Made by a program: the position numbers and the translations under genes | The notes under the pieces: generated by a model | The model's input: only the letters and a program-made list of their open reading frames with translations | Databases searched by the model: none | Told to the model about the DNA's origin: nothing | Assembly (NCBI GenBank): GCA_963732365.1 | Contig: CAVSZC010000005.1 | Span: 543,431 to 607,430, forward strand | DNA from: an uncultured Bacteroidales bacterium | GTDB taxonomy: Bacteria > Bacteroidota > Bacteroidia > Bacteroidales > VadinHA17 | Reading direction: 5' to 3' | DNA: 64,000 nt | Shown here: positions 29,665-38,983 of the stretch, piece after piece | Layout: each line of letters starts with the position of its first letter | How positions within the stretch are numbered: the first letter of the stretch is position 1

Positions 29665-31662
29665 ATGGCTGACAGTTACAGAAATCTGAGCATCGGGGAG
29701 ATAAGAGGCCTCGAAGCTTCAGGCTGCAGAAGCAATTCCTGGGGGAGCGTCTTTGTCAAAGAACCATTCAATGCCGAAAGAATTCAGAATGTTACTTTCT
29801 CGGGCATAGTGAAGATGGGTCTCTTTAATGGTATAGCACGTGAGAGGTGCGGGCTGCCCCTTCAGCACGGCATCAGAAATGCCCATATACATAATTGTAC
29901 CATAGCAGACAATGTCACCATTACTGACATTACAGGATTCATTGCCAATTATGACATCGGCGAGGGGGTTGTAATACGGAACTGCGGGCATATATCGACG
30001 GAAGGACGGACATCATTCGGAAACGGAACCCGTGTGGCCGTTCTGAATGAGAGCGGCGGCCGTGAAGTGCCTATATGGGACAGGCTTACTTCGCACATGG
30101 CATACATCATTACCCTCTATCGTCACAGGCCTGTTGCCATTGAGGTAATAGAGAAAATGATCGATCATTATGCAGAAAGTGTAAAGTCTGACCGCGGAGA
30201 GATCGGTTCCGGATCATATATTGCCGGATGCGGTACGATCAAGAATGTGAAGATCGGCAACGGAGCTGTCATCGAAGATGTGTCGAGACTGGCTGAAGGC
30301 TCAGTGAACAGCTCATTCAGAGATCCAGTTTTCATTGGCAATGACGTCATCATGGATCACTTTATCATATGCTCGGGATCGAAGGTCACTGATGCCGCCG
30401 TGATAGACAAGTGCTTCATCGGGCAGGGCTGCACCCTGTCGAAACAGTATTCGGCAGAAAACTCGCTCTTCTTTTCAAATTGCGGAGGCTATCATGGCGA
30501 AGCATGCTCAATATTCGCAGGGCCGTTCACTGTCACTCACCATAAATCGACACTGCTGATCGCGGGTATCTTTTCATTCATGAATGCCGGCAGCGGATCA
30601 AACCAGAGCAATCATATGTATAAGCTGGGCCCGATTCATCAGGGTATTATGGAACGGGGGTCCAAGACAACAAGTGACTCTTACGTTCTGTGGCCTTCGC
30701 GTATCGGACCTTTTACCCTTGTCGTCGGGCGTCATTATCATAACGTCGATACCACACAGTTCCCGTTTTCATACCTGGCTGAGGTGAATTACGAATCTCA
30801 CCTCATACCCGGAATAAACCTGCGCAGCGTCGGAACAATACGTGATGCCCAGAAATGGCCTAAGCGAGATGCACGCAAGGATTCCAGGAAACTTGACCAG
30901 ATCAACTTTAACCTTCTGAGCCCTTTCACAGTGGGCAAAATGATGAACGGAAGGGAACTGTTGCGCAGATTGATGAAGGACGTATCTGCAGACCAGGTTT
31001 ATATCACGTTTGACAGGATGAAGATGAAAACATCTGCAGCTGAAAGAGGTATCACCCTTTACCAGATGGGGATAGACAAATTCATCGGCAACTCTGTTAT
31101 TAAGCGGCTTGAGGGGATTGAATTCAAATCTGACACTGACATACTGGCAAGGCTGAAGCCTGAATCAGATAAGGGTACAGGTGACTGGATTGACATGTCG
31201 GGGCTGATTGCACCGCTGAGTACAATTGAGGCATTGCTGTCATCAATAGAGAGGCAGGAACTGAAGAGTGCAGATGCCATCAACAAGAGCTTTGAGGCAA
31301 TCCATAAGCACTATTACGACATGGAGTGGGCGTGGATCTATGACCGGCTGCCAGTGGAGACCGGAAAGCCGAATGAAAAACTGACAGCTGCAGATATCAT
31401 CACGATAGTTGAAAGATGGAAGAAAAGCGTGGTCGATCTTGACAACATGCTTTACGAGGATGCCCGCAAGGAGTTTACCCTCTCATCAATGACAGGCTTC
31501 GGGATTGACGGCGATGATGAAGTGAAGAAGCGTGACTTCGAACAGGTGAGGGGCGACTTTGAAAAGAACCCTGTTGTGCTGGCAATACTTGATCATATCA
31601 AGATCAAGTCTGAGCTGGGTGATGAGTTGATCACGAGGCTGAGGCGCAGCAGATCGAGTTAG
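29665..31662 (+). CDS. DUF4954-like protein (left-handed beta-helix N-terminal part, helical C-terminal part)
   Basis: 665 aa, starting 15 nt after the glmS stop. Hexapeptide-like turns are visible (IGEGVVIRNCGHI, IGSGSYIAGCGTIKNVKIGNGAVIEDV, IGNDVIMDHFII). The family name is from memory of glmS-linked Bacteroidota genes. Confidence 0.55.
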   Translation: MADSYRNLSIGEIRGLEASGCRSNSWGSVFVKEPFNAERIQNVTFSGIVKMGLFNGIARERCGLPLQHGIRNAHIHNCTIADNVTITDITGFIANYDIGEGVVIRNCGHISTEGRTSFGNGTRVAVLNESGGREVPIWDRLTSHMAYIITLYRHRPVAIEVIEKMIDHYAESVKSDRGEIGSGSYIAGCGTIKNVKIGNGAVIEDVSRLAEGSVNSSFRDPVFIGNDVIMDHFIICSGSKVTDAAVIDKCFIGQGCTLSKQYSAENSLFFSNCGGYHGEACSIFAGPFTVTHHKSTLLIAGIFSFMNAGSGSNQSNHMYKLGPIHQGIMERGSKTTSDSYVLWPSRIGPFTLVVGRHYHNVDTTQFPFSYLAEVNYESHLIPGINLRSVGTIRDAQKWPKRDARKDSRKLDQINFNLLSPFTVGKMMNGRELLRRLMKDVSADQVYITFDRMKMKTSAAERGITLYQMGIDKFIGNSVIKRLEGIEFKSDTDILARLKPESDKGTGDWIDMSGLIAPLSTIEALLSSIERQELKSADAINKSFEAIHKHYYDMEWAWIYDRLPVETGKPNEKLTAADIITIVERWKKSVVDLDNMLYEDARKEFTLSSMTGFGIDGDDEVKKRDFEQVRGDFEKNPVVLAILDHIKIKSELGDELITRLRRSRSS

Positions 31663-31694
31663 GCAGTAGCGGAGGCTTGAAGGTCAAAAGTTCA

Positions 31695-31773
31695 TAAAGT
31701 CTGTAAAGTCGAAAGTCTTAAAGGCTTTGCACTCCAATTCCCTGATTCTTAACTCTTAATTCTTAATTCCTCT
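31695..31773. repeat. degenerate short tandem repeats (AAAGTC-type and TTCTTAA-type heptads) in a convergent intergenic gap
   Basis: ATAAAGTC, then TAAAGTC (31704-10), GAAAGTC (31711-17) and TTAAAGG (31718-24). Further on come TTCTTAA (31746-52), CTCTTAA (31753-59), TTCTTAA (31760-66) and TTCCTCT (31767-73). Confidence 0.7.
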
Positions 31774-31776
31774 CTA

Positions 31777-32832
31777 CTACCTGTTACCGTACATCTCCTG
31801 ATAGTATTTCGAATAGGCTCCTGAGATAATTGTCTCTAGCCACTGTTCGTTTGAGAGATACCAGTCGACCGTCATCCTGAGCCCCTGCTCAAAAGTGACT
31901 GACGGTCTCCACCCAAGTTCCTTCTGCAGTTTGCTGCTGTCGATGGCATATCTGAGATCGTGACCGGCACGGTCAGTGACATATGTTATAAGCTTTTCCG
32001 AGCTCCCCGGCACCCTTCCCAGCTTTTCATCCATGACCTTGCAGAGAAGCCGGACAAGGTCGATATTCTTCCACTCGTTGTCACCGCCGACATTATATGT
32101 ATCACCTGGTTTCCCGGCATGAAATATCACATCGATTGCTGAAGCATGATCCTCAACATAGAGCCAGTCCCTGATATTTTCTCCCTTTCCGTATACGGGA
32201 ATAGGCTTGCCGGTCTTAATGTTGTTGATTGTCAGTGGTATAAGTTTCTCGGGGAACTGGTTGGGGCCATAATTGTTTGAACAGTTGGAGATAACAAACG
32301 GCAGGCCGTAAGTATTGCCGAAGGCTCGTACCATGTGGTCAGAACTGGCCTTTGAAGCTGAATACGGGCTTCTGGGGTCGTATGGTGTCTGCTCGGTAAA
32401 AAAGCCTCCGTGTTCCAGGGAGCCGTAAACCTCGTCAGTGGAGATATGATAAAATAGTTTCCTTACATCTCTGTCCGTTGCCGTATCACGGAATGCAGTC
32501 AGAAGGTTAACAGTGCCAATGATATTGGTGAAGATGAATTCGTCAGGCGAGGTGATTGACCTGTCTACGTGCGATTCTGCGGCGAGGTGTATTACTCCGT
32601 CGAATCTGAATTCGCCGAACAGGGCGCCGACAGCCTGTTTGTCAACAATATCAACTCTGCGAAAGTGGTAGTTCGGTTCCCTGCCAATATCTGAAAGGTT
32701 ACCCAGGTTACCCGCATAGGTTAGTTTGTCTGCATTGACGATTGTGTACTCAGGGTATCTTCTGACGAATCTTCTGATGACATGTGATCCTATAAATCCG
32801 GCACCGCCGGTGATGAGTATTATTCTTTTCAT
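31777..32832 (-). CDS. rfbB: dTDP-glucose 4,6-dehydratase
   Basis: GGAGFIGSH Rossmann motif, YSASKASSDH catalytic YxxxK. Typical length of 351 aa. Confidence 0.9.
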   Translation of the reverse strand: MKRIILITGGAGFIGSHVIRRFVRRYPEYTIVNADKLTYAGNLGNLSDIGREPNYHFRRVDIVDKQAVGALFGEFRFDGVIHLAAESHVDRSITSPDEFIFTNIIGTVNLLTAFRDTATDRDVRKLFYHISTDEVYGSLEHGGFFTEQTPYDPRSPYSASKASSDHMVRAFGNTYGLPFVISNCSNNYGPNQFPEKLIPLTINNIKTGKPIPVYGKGENIRDWLYVEDHASAIDVIFHAGKPGDTYNVGGDNEWKNIDLVRLLCKVMDEKLGRVPGSSEKLITYVTDRAGHDLRYAIDSSKLQKELGWRPSVTFEQGLRMTVDWYLSNEQWLETIISGAYSKYYQEMYGNR

Positions 32833-33857
32833 GATTTGTTTCTTATTTTCTTTTCCCAGCGCCAGGCTGTCTCCATTGATTCATCGAGTGTTATTTCTGT
32901 TTTCCAGTTCAGCTCCCTGTTGGCAAGGGAGGGATCTGCCCAAATCTTTTCAATATCACCAGGTCTCCTGGAGGTGATGCTGTAATTCAGTTTTATTCCT
33001 GTTGCACGTTCGAACGAAGCTATGGCCTCAAGGACCGATACGCCTGTTCCTGTTCCCAGGTTGAATACTTCGAAGTTACTGCTGTTCCTGCCCTCAAGCA
33101 GCCTCTTCAGGGCTGTGACGTGGGCCCTGGCAAGGTCAACCACATGGAGGTAATCACGTATGCATGATCCGTCTGGTGTGTCATAGTCATTCCCGAACAC
33201 CTTAAGCTCATCTCTGAGTCCGATCGCTGTCTGGGTAATGAACGGGACCAGGTTCTCAGGCACGCCTCTTGGCAGTTCACCTATGTGGGCTGTCGGATGT
33301 GCGCCGATCGGGTTGAAGTATCGCAATGATATTGCCTTCTGGTCAGACTTTGCAGCCATGGTATCACGTATGATGACCTCTCCAGCCTGTTTGGTATAGC
33401 CGTATGGTGAGGCAGCCTCCCTGACAGGCGATGACTCGGTAACGGGAAGGGTATCAGGCTGGCCGTAAACGGTGCACGATGAAGAAAATACAAGTGACGC
33501 CGTGCCATGTTTCTCCATGATGGCCAGCAGGTTTATCAGCGAGCCCAGGTTGTTCCTGTAATAGTCAAGCGGTTTTCTTACTGATTCCCCCACTGCCTTG
33601 AATGCGGCAAAATGAATTATCGCATCTATCTTCCCTTCAGCTGCAAATACCTCTTCCAGCTTTGCCATGTCACAAAGGTCATAGTCGTAGAACGCCGGTT
33701 TTATCCCGGTTATGGCCCTTATTCCATCAAGTACAGTAACGTCTGAATTGCAGAGGTTGTCAATGATCACAACCTCGAATCCGCCGGCAATAAGCTCGAC
33801 TGCAGTATGCGAGCCTATGTAACCTGTCCCTCCCGTGACAATGACCTTCTTCTTCAT
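32829..33857 (-). CDS. galE: UDP-glucose 4-epimerase
   Basis: The preferred start MKKKVIVTGGTGYIGSH (ATG at 33857) shares one base with the upstream stop. YGYTKQ catalytic motif is present. There is a 4-nt overlap with rfbB. Confidence 0.85.
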   Translation of the reverse strand: MKKKVIVTGGTGYIGSHTAVELIAGGFEVVIIDNLCNSDVTVLDGIRAITGIKPAFYDYDLCDMAKLEEVFAAEGKIDAIIHFAAFKAVGESVRKPLDYYRNNLGSLINLLAIMEKHGTASLVFSSSCTVYGQPDTLPVTESSPVREAASPYGYTKQAGEVIIRDTMAAKSDQKAISLRYFNPIGAHPTAHIGELPRGVPENLVPFITQTAIGLRDELKVFGNDYDTPDGSCIRDYLHVVDLARAHVTALKRLLEGRNSSNFEVFNLGTGTGVSVLEAIASFERATGIKLNYSITSRRPGDIEKIWADPSLANRELNWKTEITLDESMETAWRWEKKIRNKS

Positions 33858-35146
33858 CACAGGCTCCAGTAGGTCAGCCACCTGGTCTTATTCCTGTAGA
33901 TGCCTTTCAGGTCTACAAGAATACCTCTTTCATTCAGCAGGTCAAGGAAGAACTTTTCATCAAGGCTCAGGTATTCTTTGTGAGCGACTGCTGCGATAAT
34001 GGCATCATATTTTCCTTCAGGCTTCTCTTTAAGCGTTATGCCGTACTCATGCCTGACCTCTTCCGGCGAGGCTCCCGGATCAATGACATCGACCTCAACC
34101 CCGAAGTCACGGAGCTCATCGATGACATCAATTACCTTTGAGTTTCTGATATCAGTAACATCCTCCTTGAAGGTCATCCCCATCACAAGTGCGCGTGCCT
34201 CGTTCGGGTTTTTGTGTGCGGCAATGATCTTTTTGACTGTCTGCTTACCGGCGTAACGGCCCATGCTGTCATTTGTAAACCTGCCTGAGTCTATCATCTG
34301 CGGGTGATAGCCCAGTTCTTTTGCCTTATATGAGAGATAATAGGGATCGACCCCGATGCAATGCCCTCCTACAAGGCCCGGGTAGAACCTGAGGAAGTTC
34401 CATTTTGTGCCGGCAGCCTCGAGTACCTCATAGGTATTAATTCCCATGCGGTTAAATATTATGGATAGTTCATTCATAAACGCGATGTTGATGTCGCGCT
34501 GGGTGTTCTCAATTATCTTGGCGGCTTCGGCAACCTTGATAGATGAGGCCCTGTGTACCCCTGCGGTAATAATCAGCTCATATGTTTTTGCAATATTTTC
34601 GGCTGATTCCGCATCGCATCCGCTCGTCACCTTTACAATTTTTGTCAGGGTATGGTTTTTATCCCCGGGGTTGATCCGTTCAGGAGAGAATCCCACCTTG
34701 AAGTCCTGCGGGCATTTCAGTCCTGACCAGCGCTCCAGCACCGGCAGACAGTCATCTTCTGTACAGCCCGGATAAACGGTCGATTCATAGACGACATAAT
34801 CTCCCTTCTTGAGGATCTTGCCAACCGTTTCAGATGCTTTAAGCACCGGTGTGAGGTCAGGCAGATTATGTTTGGTGACCGGTGTGGGCACCGCTATTAT
34901 ATGGAACGATGCTTCCCTGAGGTCTTCAGGGTCAGAGGTATATTTTATATCTGTTCCCGTGAATGCCTCAGCTTCAAGTTCATTGCTCGGGTCAATGCCT
35001 TTCTTCATCAGTTCAACGCGGTCAGGTCTGATGTCGAAGCCGACGACACTTATCTTGCGTGCGAACTCAAGTGCGATTGGAAGGCCCACATACCCAAGGC
35101 CGATAAGAGATAGTTTGGTCTCTCTGTTAATCAGTTTGCTATACAT
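33857..35146 (-). CDS. wbpA: UDP-N-acetyl-sugar 6-dehydrogenase (WbpA/TviB-type nucleotide-sugar dehydrogenase)
   Basis: N-terminal GLGYVGLP Rossmann motif and catalytic-Cys region GGHCIGVDPYY. The substrate is assigned from its operon partners wbpB, wbpD and wbpE. Confidence 0.75.
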   Translation of the reverse strand: MYSKLINRETKLSLIGLGYVGLPIALEFARKISVVGFDIRPDRVELMKKGIDPSNELEAEAFTGTDIKYTSDPEDLREASFHIIAVPTPVTKHNLPDLTPVLKASETVGKILKKGDYVVYESTVYPGCTEDDCLPVLERWSGLKCPQDFKVGFSPERINPGDKNHTLTKIVKVTSGCDAESAENIAKTYELIITAGVHRASSIKVAEAAKIIENTQRDINIAFMNELSIIFNRMGINTYEVLEAAGTKWNFLRFYPGLVGGHCIGVDPYYLSYKAKELGYHPQMIDSGRFTNDSMGRYAGKQTVKKIIAAHKNPNEARALVMGMTFKEDVTDIRNSKVIDVIDELRDFGVEVDVIDPGASPEEVRHEYGITLKEKPEGKYDAIIAAVAHKEYLSLDEKFFLDLLNERGILVDLKGIYRNKTRWLTYWSL

Positions 35147-35147
35147 G

Positions 35148-36098
35148 TTATTTTTTAATTAATGGATGATATTCACCTGTTAATGTCGAAACTACTGAGT
35201 TTCGTATCTGATACACTGTCTCAATGCTCTGTCTGGCGTCTTCAAGTCCGAAGCCGTTTCCGGAGAGGATTTCGCGATAGGTTACCGTATGCAGGTCTGT
35301 GAATCCCTCCGAGAATTCAAGTTCCTCACCGTCAATCACGATGCTTCTGTGAGTTCTCTTACCTGCTGCTTTTGCTGAGTCAGGCAGGTCTTCGCTGTCG
35401 ATGCTCAGGAACCATCTCACCCTTGCCTTTTCCAGTTCCAGAAAACCGGAGGCTTTATCTCTTTTAAGAAGGTGCACTCTGTTTGATACCACCGGTCCGA
35501 AAATCCATCCCAGCATATCAAAGAAATGAACGCCGATGTTGGTAGCGATGCCACCTGATTTGTTGACATCGCCTTTCCATGATATATGGTACCAGTTGCC
35601 CCGGCTAGTTATGTAAGTAAGATCGATATCATGCTTTTTACCATCATTGTGCGACGCAATTTTATCACGCAGTGCTTTTATGACCGGGTGGTATCTGAGC
35701 TGAAGAATATTGAAGATCCTCCCTCCGGTCTCCTTCTCTATCTCCTGGAGAGCGTCAATATTCCACGGATTAAGCACAACGGGCTTCTCACAGATTGCTT
35801 CGGCGTGGTGGCGCAGGGCGAACCTTATATGGGAGTCATGGAGATAGTTCGGTGAGCAAATACTGACATAATCAAGTTTTACGCCCCATCTTTTCAGTTT
35901 GTCAATGTGCCTGTCAAAGCGCTCAAATTCAACAAAGAAGTCACTCTCAGGAAAGTAGTTGTCAAGTTTTCCTACGCAGTCAAATTTATCAAGGCTTGTG
36001 AGCAGTCTGTTTCCTGTCTCTTTTATTGCCCTGAGGTGTCTGTCTGCAATATAACCTGCAACACCTATGAGACCAAAATTCTTAGGATTGTCATTCAT
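35148..36098 (-). CDS. wbpB: Gfo/Idh/MocA oxidoreductase, WbpB-like (UDP-GlcNAcA 3-oxidase)
   Basis: 316 aa. N-terminal GLIGVAGYIADRH Rossmann motif and EKP motif (AICEKPV). It sits between the dehydrogenase and the acetyltransferase, as in the Wbp pathway. Confidence 0.75.
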   Translation of the reverse strand: MNDNPKNFGLIGVAGYIADRHLRAIKETGNRLLTSLDKFDCVGKLDNYFPESDFFVEFERFDRHIDKLKRWGVKLDYVSICSPNYLHDSHIRFALRHHAEAICEKPVVLNPWNIDALQEIEKETGGRIFNILQLRYHPVIKALRDKIASHNDGKKHDIDLTYITSRGNWYHISWKGDVNKSGGIATNIGVHFFDMLGWIFGPVVSNRVHLLKRDKASGFLELEKARVRWFLSIDSEDLPDSAKAAGKRTHRSIVIDGEELEFSEGFTDLHTVTYREILSGNGFGLEDARQSIETVYQIRNSVVSTLTGEYHPLIKK

Positions 36099-36125
36099 AT
36101 TTCATTTTAAGAAGGGATAAAACTA

Positions 36126-36707
36126 CTAAATAATTCTCGTCACGTGGTCCCCTGCAAGCTTGTATTTCTGGCCGCTCTCCGGGCAGATGGCGACACCCTC
36201 TTTATCAAAGGAGAGTTTATGGCCGTATTCCGAGACCCATCCTGTTTGCCTTCCGGGGTTGCCGATCACAAGGGCAAAAGGCTTTACATCCCTGGTTATA
36301 ACTGCTCCTGCTCCAATCAGCGAGTATTCGCCTATCTCATTGCCGCAGACAATGGTTGCATTGGCCCCGATGGAGGCACCTTTCCTCACTATTGTTGTGA
36401 CATACTGATCACGTCTTATGACTGCGCTGCGCGGATTAATTATGTTGGTGAAGACCATTGAAGGACCCAGGAACACATCATCCTCACATATCACACCGGT
36501 ATATATTGAAACGTTGTTCTGCACCTTTACATTGTTCCCCAGCTTCACACCCGGAGAGACAACCACATTTTGCCCCAGGTTGCATTTCTCACCTATGACG
36601 GCATCTTTCATCACATGGCTGAAATGCCAGATCTTAGAGCCCCTGCCAATGAAGCTGCCTTCATCAATCACAGCCGTTTCGTGTGCATAAAAGTCTTTTT
36701 CCATCAT
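36126..36707 (-). CDS. wbpD: hexapeptide-repeat N-acetyltransferase, WbpD-like
   Basis: 193-aa LbH protein. The stretch IWHFSHVMKDAVIGEKCNLGQNVVVSPGVKLGNNVKVQNNVSIY...GPSMVFTNIINPRS closely matches the WbpD pattern as I recall it. Confidence 0.8.
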   Translation of the reverse strand: MMEKDFYAHETAVIDEGSFIGRGSKIWHFSHVMKDAVIGEKCNLGQNVVVSPGVKLGNNVKVQNNVSIYTGVICEDDVFLGPSMVFTNIINPRSAVIRRDQYVTTIVRKGASIGANATIVCGNEIGEYSLIGAGAVITRDVKPFALVIGNPGRQTGWVSEYGHKLSFDKEGVAICPESGQKYKLAGDHVTRII

Positions 36708-36713
36708 CTTCCA

Positions 36714-37841
36714 TCATTTAAATTTTGACCTGATACAATCAGTGATATAGTTCAGCTGTTCACTGTCCATCTCGGTGTGCATCGGGAGTGACAGAACCTG
36801 ATCGCACAGGTCATTTGTCACCGGGAAGTCAGCCGGCCTGTATCCCAGATGTGCATATGCCTTCTGCACATGAAGTGGCACAGGGTAATAAACCATTGAT
36901 GGTATTCCCTCGTTCTCAAGGCATTCGCGCAGGCTGTTCCTCCTTCCTGCTGTTACCCTGAGGGTGTACTGGTGAAAGATATGGGTGGAGTTGTTCACCC
37001 TGAACGGGGTTTTTATCCCTTCAATTGCTGACAGCTCATTGTCGTAATGAGAGGCAGCTGTTCTTCTCGCCTCATTGAAAGCGTCAAGGTGACGCAGTTT
37101 GACCCTGAGGATGGCAGCCTGAATGGTATCGAGTCTTGAGTTTACCCCAATGGTGTCATGATAATACCTGACCTTCATACCATGATTTGTAATGCTTCTT
37201 ATGAGTGCCGCAAGGTCATCATTATCAGTGAAGAGTGCTCCTCCGTCGCCATAGCATCCAAGGTTCTTTGAAGGGAAGAATGAAGTACATCCTATTATAC
37301 CCATTGTTCCGGCCTTTCTGACAGTGCCGTCGGAGAAACGGTATTCGGCCCCGTTTGCCTGGGCAACATCTTCGATGACATGCAGATTATGTTCCCGGGC
37401 TATCTCCATGATCGGTTCCATGTCAGCGCACTGCCCGAAGAGATGAACCGGTACTATGGCCCTGGTGCGTGGTGTGACAGCCTTTTTAAGTGCCCCGACG
37501 CTGATATTGAAAGTGTTGATGTCAGGTTCAACAAGAACCAGTTTCAGTCCGAGAAGCTCAATCACCTCTGCTGTGGCTATAAAAGTGAAGTTTGTGGTAA
37601 TTACCTCATCCCCCGGTTTGAGTCCCAGTGCCATCATGGCTATCTGCAGAGCGTCGGTGCCGTTTGCGCATGCTATTACGTGTTGGATTCCGAGATAACG
37701 CTGCAGTTCCTCCTCAAAAAGATGAACATCTGGGCCCTTGATGAAAGCAGTGGAGTTTATAACCCCTGAAATGGCATTGTCAATATCGGGCTTAAGCCTC
37801 TCATACTGTGACCTAAGGTCAACCATTTCAATCTTTCTCAT
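36714..37841 (-). CDS. wbpE: DegT/DnrJ/EryC1-family PLP aminotransferase, WbpE-like
   Basis: 375 aa. FFPSKNLG contains the PLP-binding lysine. It is the first gene of the sugar operon. Confidence 0.8.
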   Translation of the reverse strand: MRKIEMVDLRSQYERLKPDIDNAISGVINSTAFIKGPDVHLFEEELQRYLGIQHVIACANGTDALQIAMMALGLKPGDEVITTNFTFIATAEVIELLGLKLVLVEPDINTFNISVGALKKAVTPRTRAIVPVHLFGQCADMEPIMEIAREHNLHVIEDVAQANGAEYRFSDGTVRKAGTMGIIGCTSFFPSKNLGCYGDGGALFTDNDDLAALIRSITNHGMKVRYYHDTIGVNSRLDTIQAAILRVKLRHLDAFNEARRTAASHYDNELSAIEGIKTPFRVNNSTHIFHQYTLRVTAGRRNSLRECLENEGIPSMVYYPVPLHVQKAYAHLGYRPADFPVTNDLCDQVLSLPMHTEMDSEQLNYITDCIRSKFK

Positions 37842-37921
37842 GGGGTTTTTATCTCAGTCAGGCGAAGATAATATATTTTGCATTAACCTTTTTTTTGCTT
37901 CCGGAATTCAGGATGTTTTCT

Positions 37922-37929
37922 TAAATTTG
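37922..37929 (+). promoter_or_regulatory. Bacteroidota-type -7 box (TAAATTTG)
   Basis: TAnnTTTG match 17 nt upstream of the ATG at 37947. Confidence 0.4.
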
Positions 37930-37946
37930 TTTATTATTGTTTCTTC

Positions 37947-38951
37947 ATGGCGAGGGATATCAGCGTATACTTAAGAGAGTTGCTTTTCAGGCATGACTGT
38001 GTCATTATACCAGGGTTTGGTGCATTCATCGGTAACTATATTCCTGCGCGTATTGACCGCAGCGAAGGGCTCTTTTATCCGCCCGCACGGAAGATAACGT
38101 TTAACCGGCATCTGACAGGAAATGACGGCCTGCTGATAGGTCATATTTCATCGCAGCAGGGTATAGGCTATGGTGAAGCACGCGATATTGTAAGCAACTA
38201 TGCCGAGACACTTCGTCTGAATATAAATGCCGGCACGGCAGTCATACTTGACCATCTCGGTACCTTCTCCCTTAACCGGGAGGGAACAATTATTTTCGAG
38301 CCTGACAGCGGAGCAAATTACCTGCTCTCTTCATACGGCCTCACCTCTTATCACCGCCAGCCGGTGAGTGACTTTGATATCAGAAAAAAAGTCCTTGAGA
38401 TCAATCACGGACGTACTGGCACACAGCCTTCAGTGAGGCGGCTGTTGACAAGAGCTGCCGTTATAATACCACTGCTGGTGGCCCTTACTCTGGTGCCTTT
38501 CAATGAGCGTATCTTCAAGGGCAAACTGGAGGAATCAAATATGAATCCTCTTGCCACCGCCGAGCTCGAGTTCAACCGGTCACAGATCATAGCAGACAGC
38601 ACACCTGTACAGACGGAGCCTGTCGCTGAGGCAGTCACGGAACAGACACCAGAGACTGCAGTGACGGTACCGGAAGAAACCACAGCGGCTGCCGATAACA
38701 TGCCAATGACCCGGGCTACACCCCAGCAATACAGGTACGTAGTTGTTATAGGCAGTTTCAAGACAGAGAGCAATGCAGAGGTCATGGCTCAGACGCTGCG
38801 AAGCAAAGGATTTGATGCTGAGGTTATAGGAGGGCCTGACGGATTCTCACGCGTAAGTGCGGCCTCATTTGCAACGCTGGGAGAGGCAGAAGTCTCGCTT
38901 AATAATCTCAAGCCCTCATACACGGGAGCCTGGATACATAAGACCAGGTAA
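37947..38951 (+). CDS. SPOR-domain protein with an HU/CCDC81-like N-terminal domain
   Basis: The N-terminus has CVIIPGFGAFIGNY...TFNRHL (HU-like fold signature). A central TM helix and a Thr/Pro/Glu/Ala-rich linker follow. The C-terminal ~75 aa look like a SPOR domain (YRYVVVIGSFKTESNAEVMAQTLRSKGFDAEVI). Confidence 0.65.
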   Translation: MARDISVYLRELLFRHDCVIIPGFGAFIGNYIPARIDRSEGLFYPPARKITFNRHLTGNDGLLIGHISSQQGIGYGEARDIVSNYAETLRLNINAGTAVILDHLGTFSLNREGTIIFEPDSGANYLLSSYGLTSYHRQPVSDFDIRKKVLEINHGRTGTQPSVRRLLTRAAVIIPLLVALTLVPFNERIFKGKLEESNMNPLATAELEFNRSQIIADSTPVQTEPVAEAVTEQTPETAVTVPEETTAAADNMPMTRATPQQYRYVVVIGSFKTESNAEVMAQTLRSKGFDAEVIGGPDGFSRVSAASFATLGEAEVSLNNLKPSYTGAWIHKTR

Positions 38952-38983
38952 GCAATTAACGGCTAAGAATTTTTATGGGAGCC

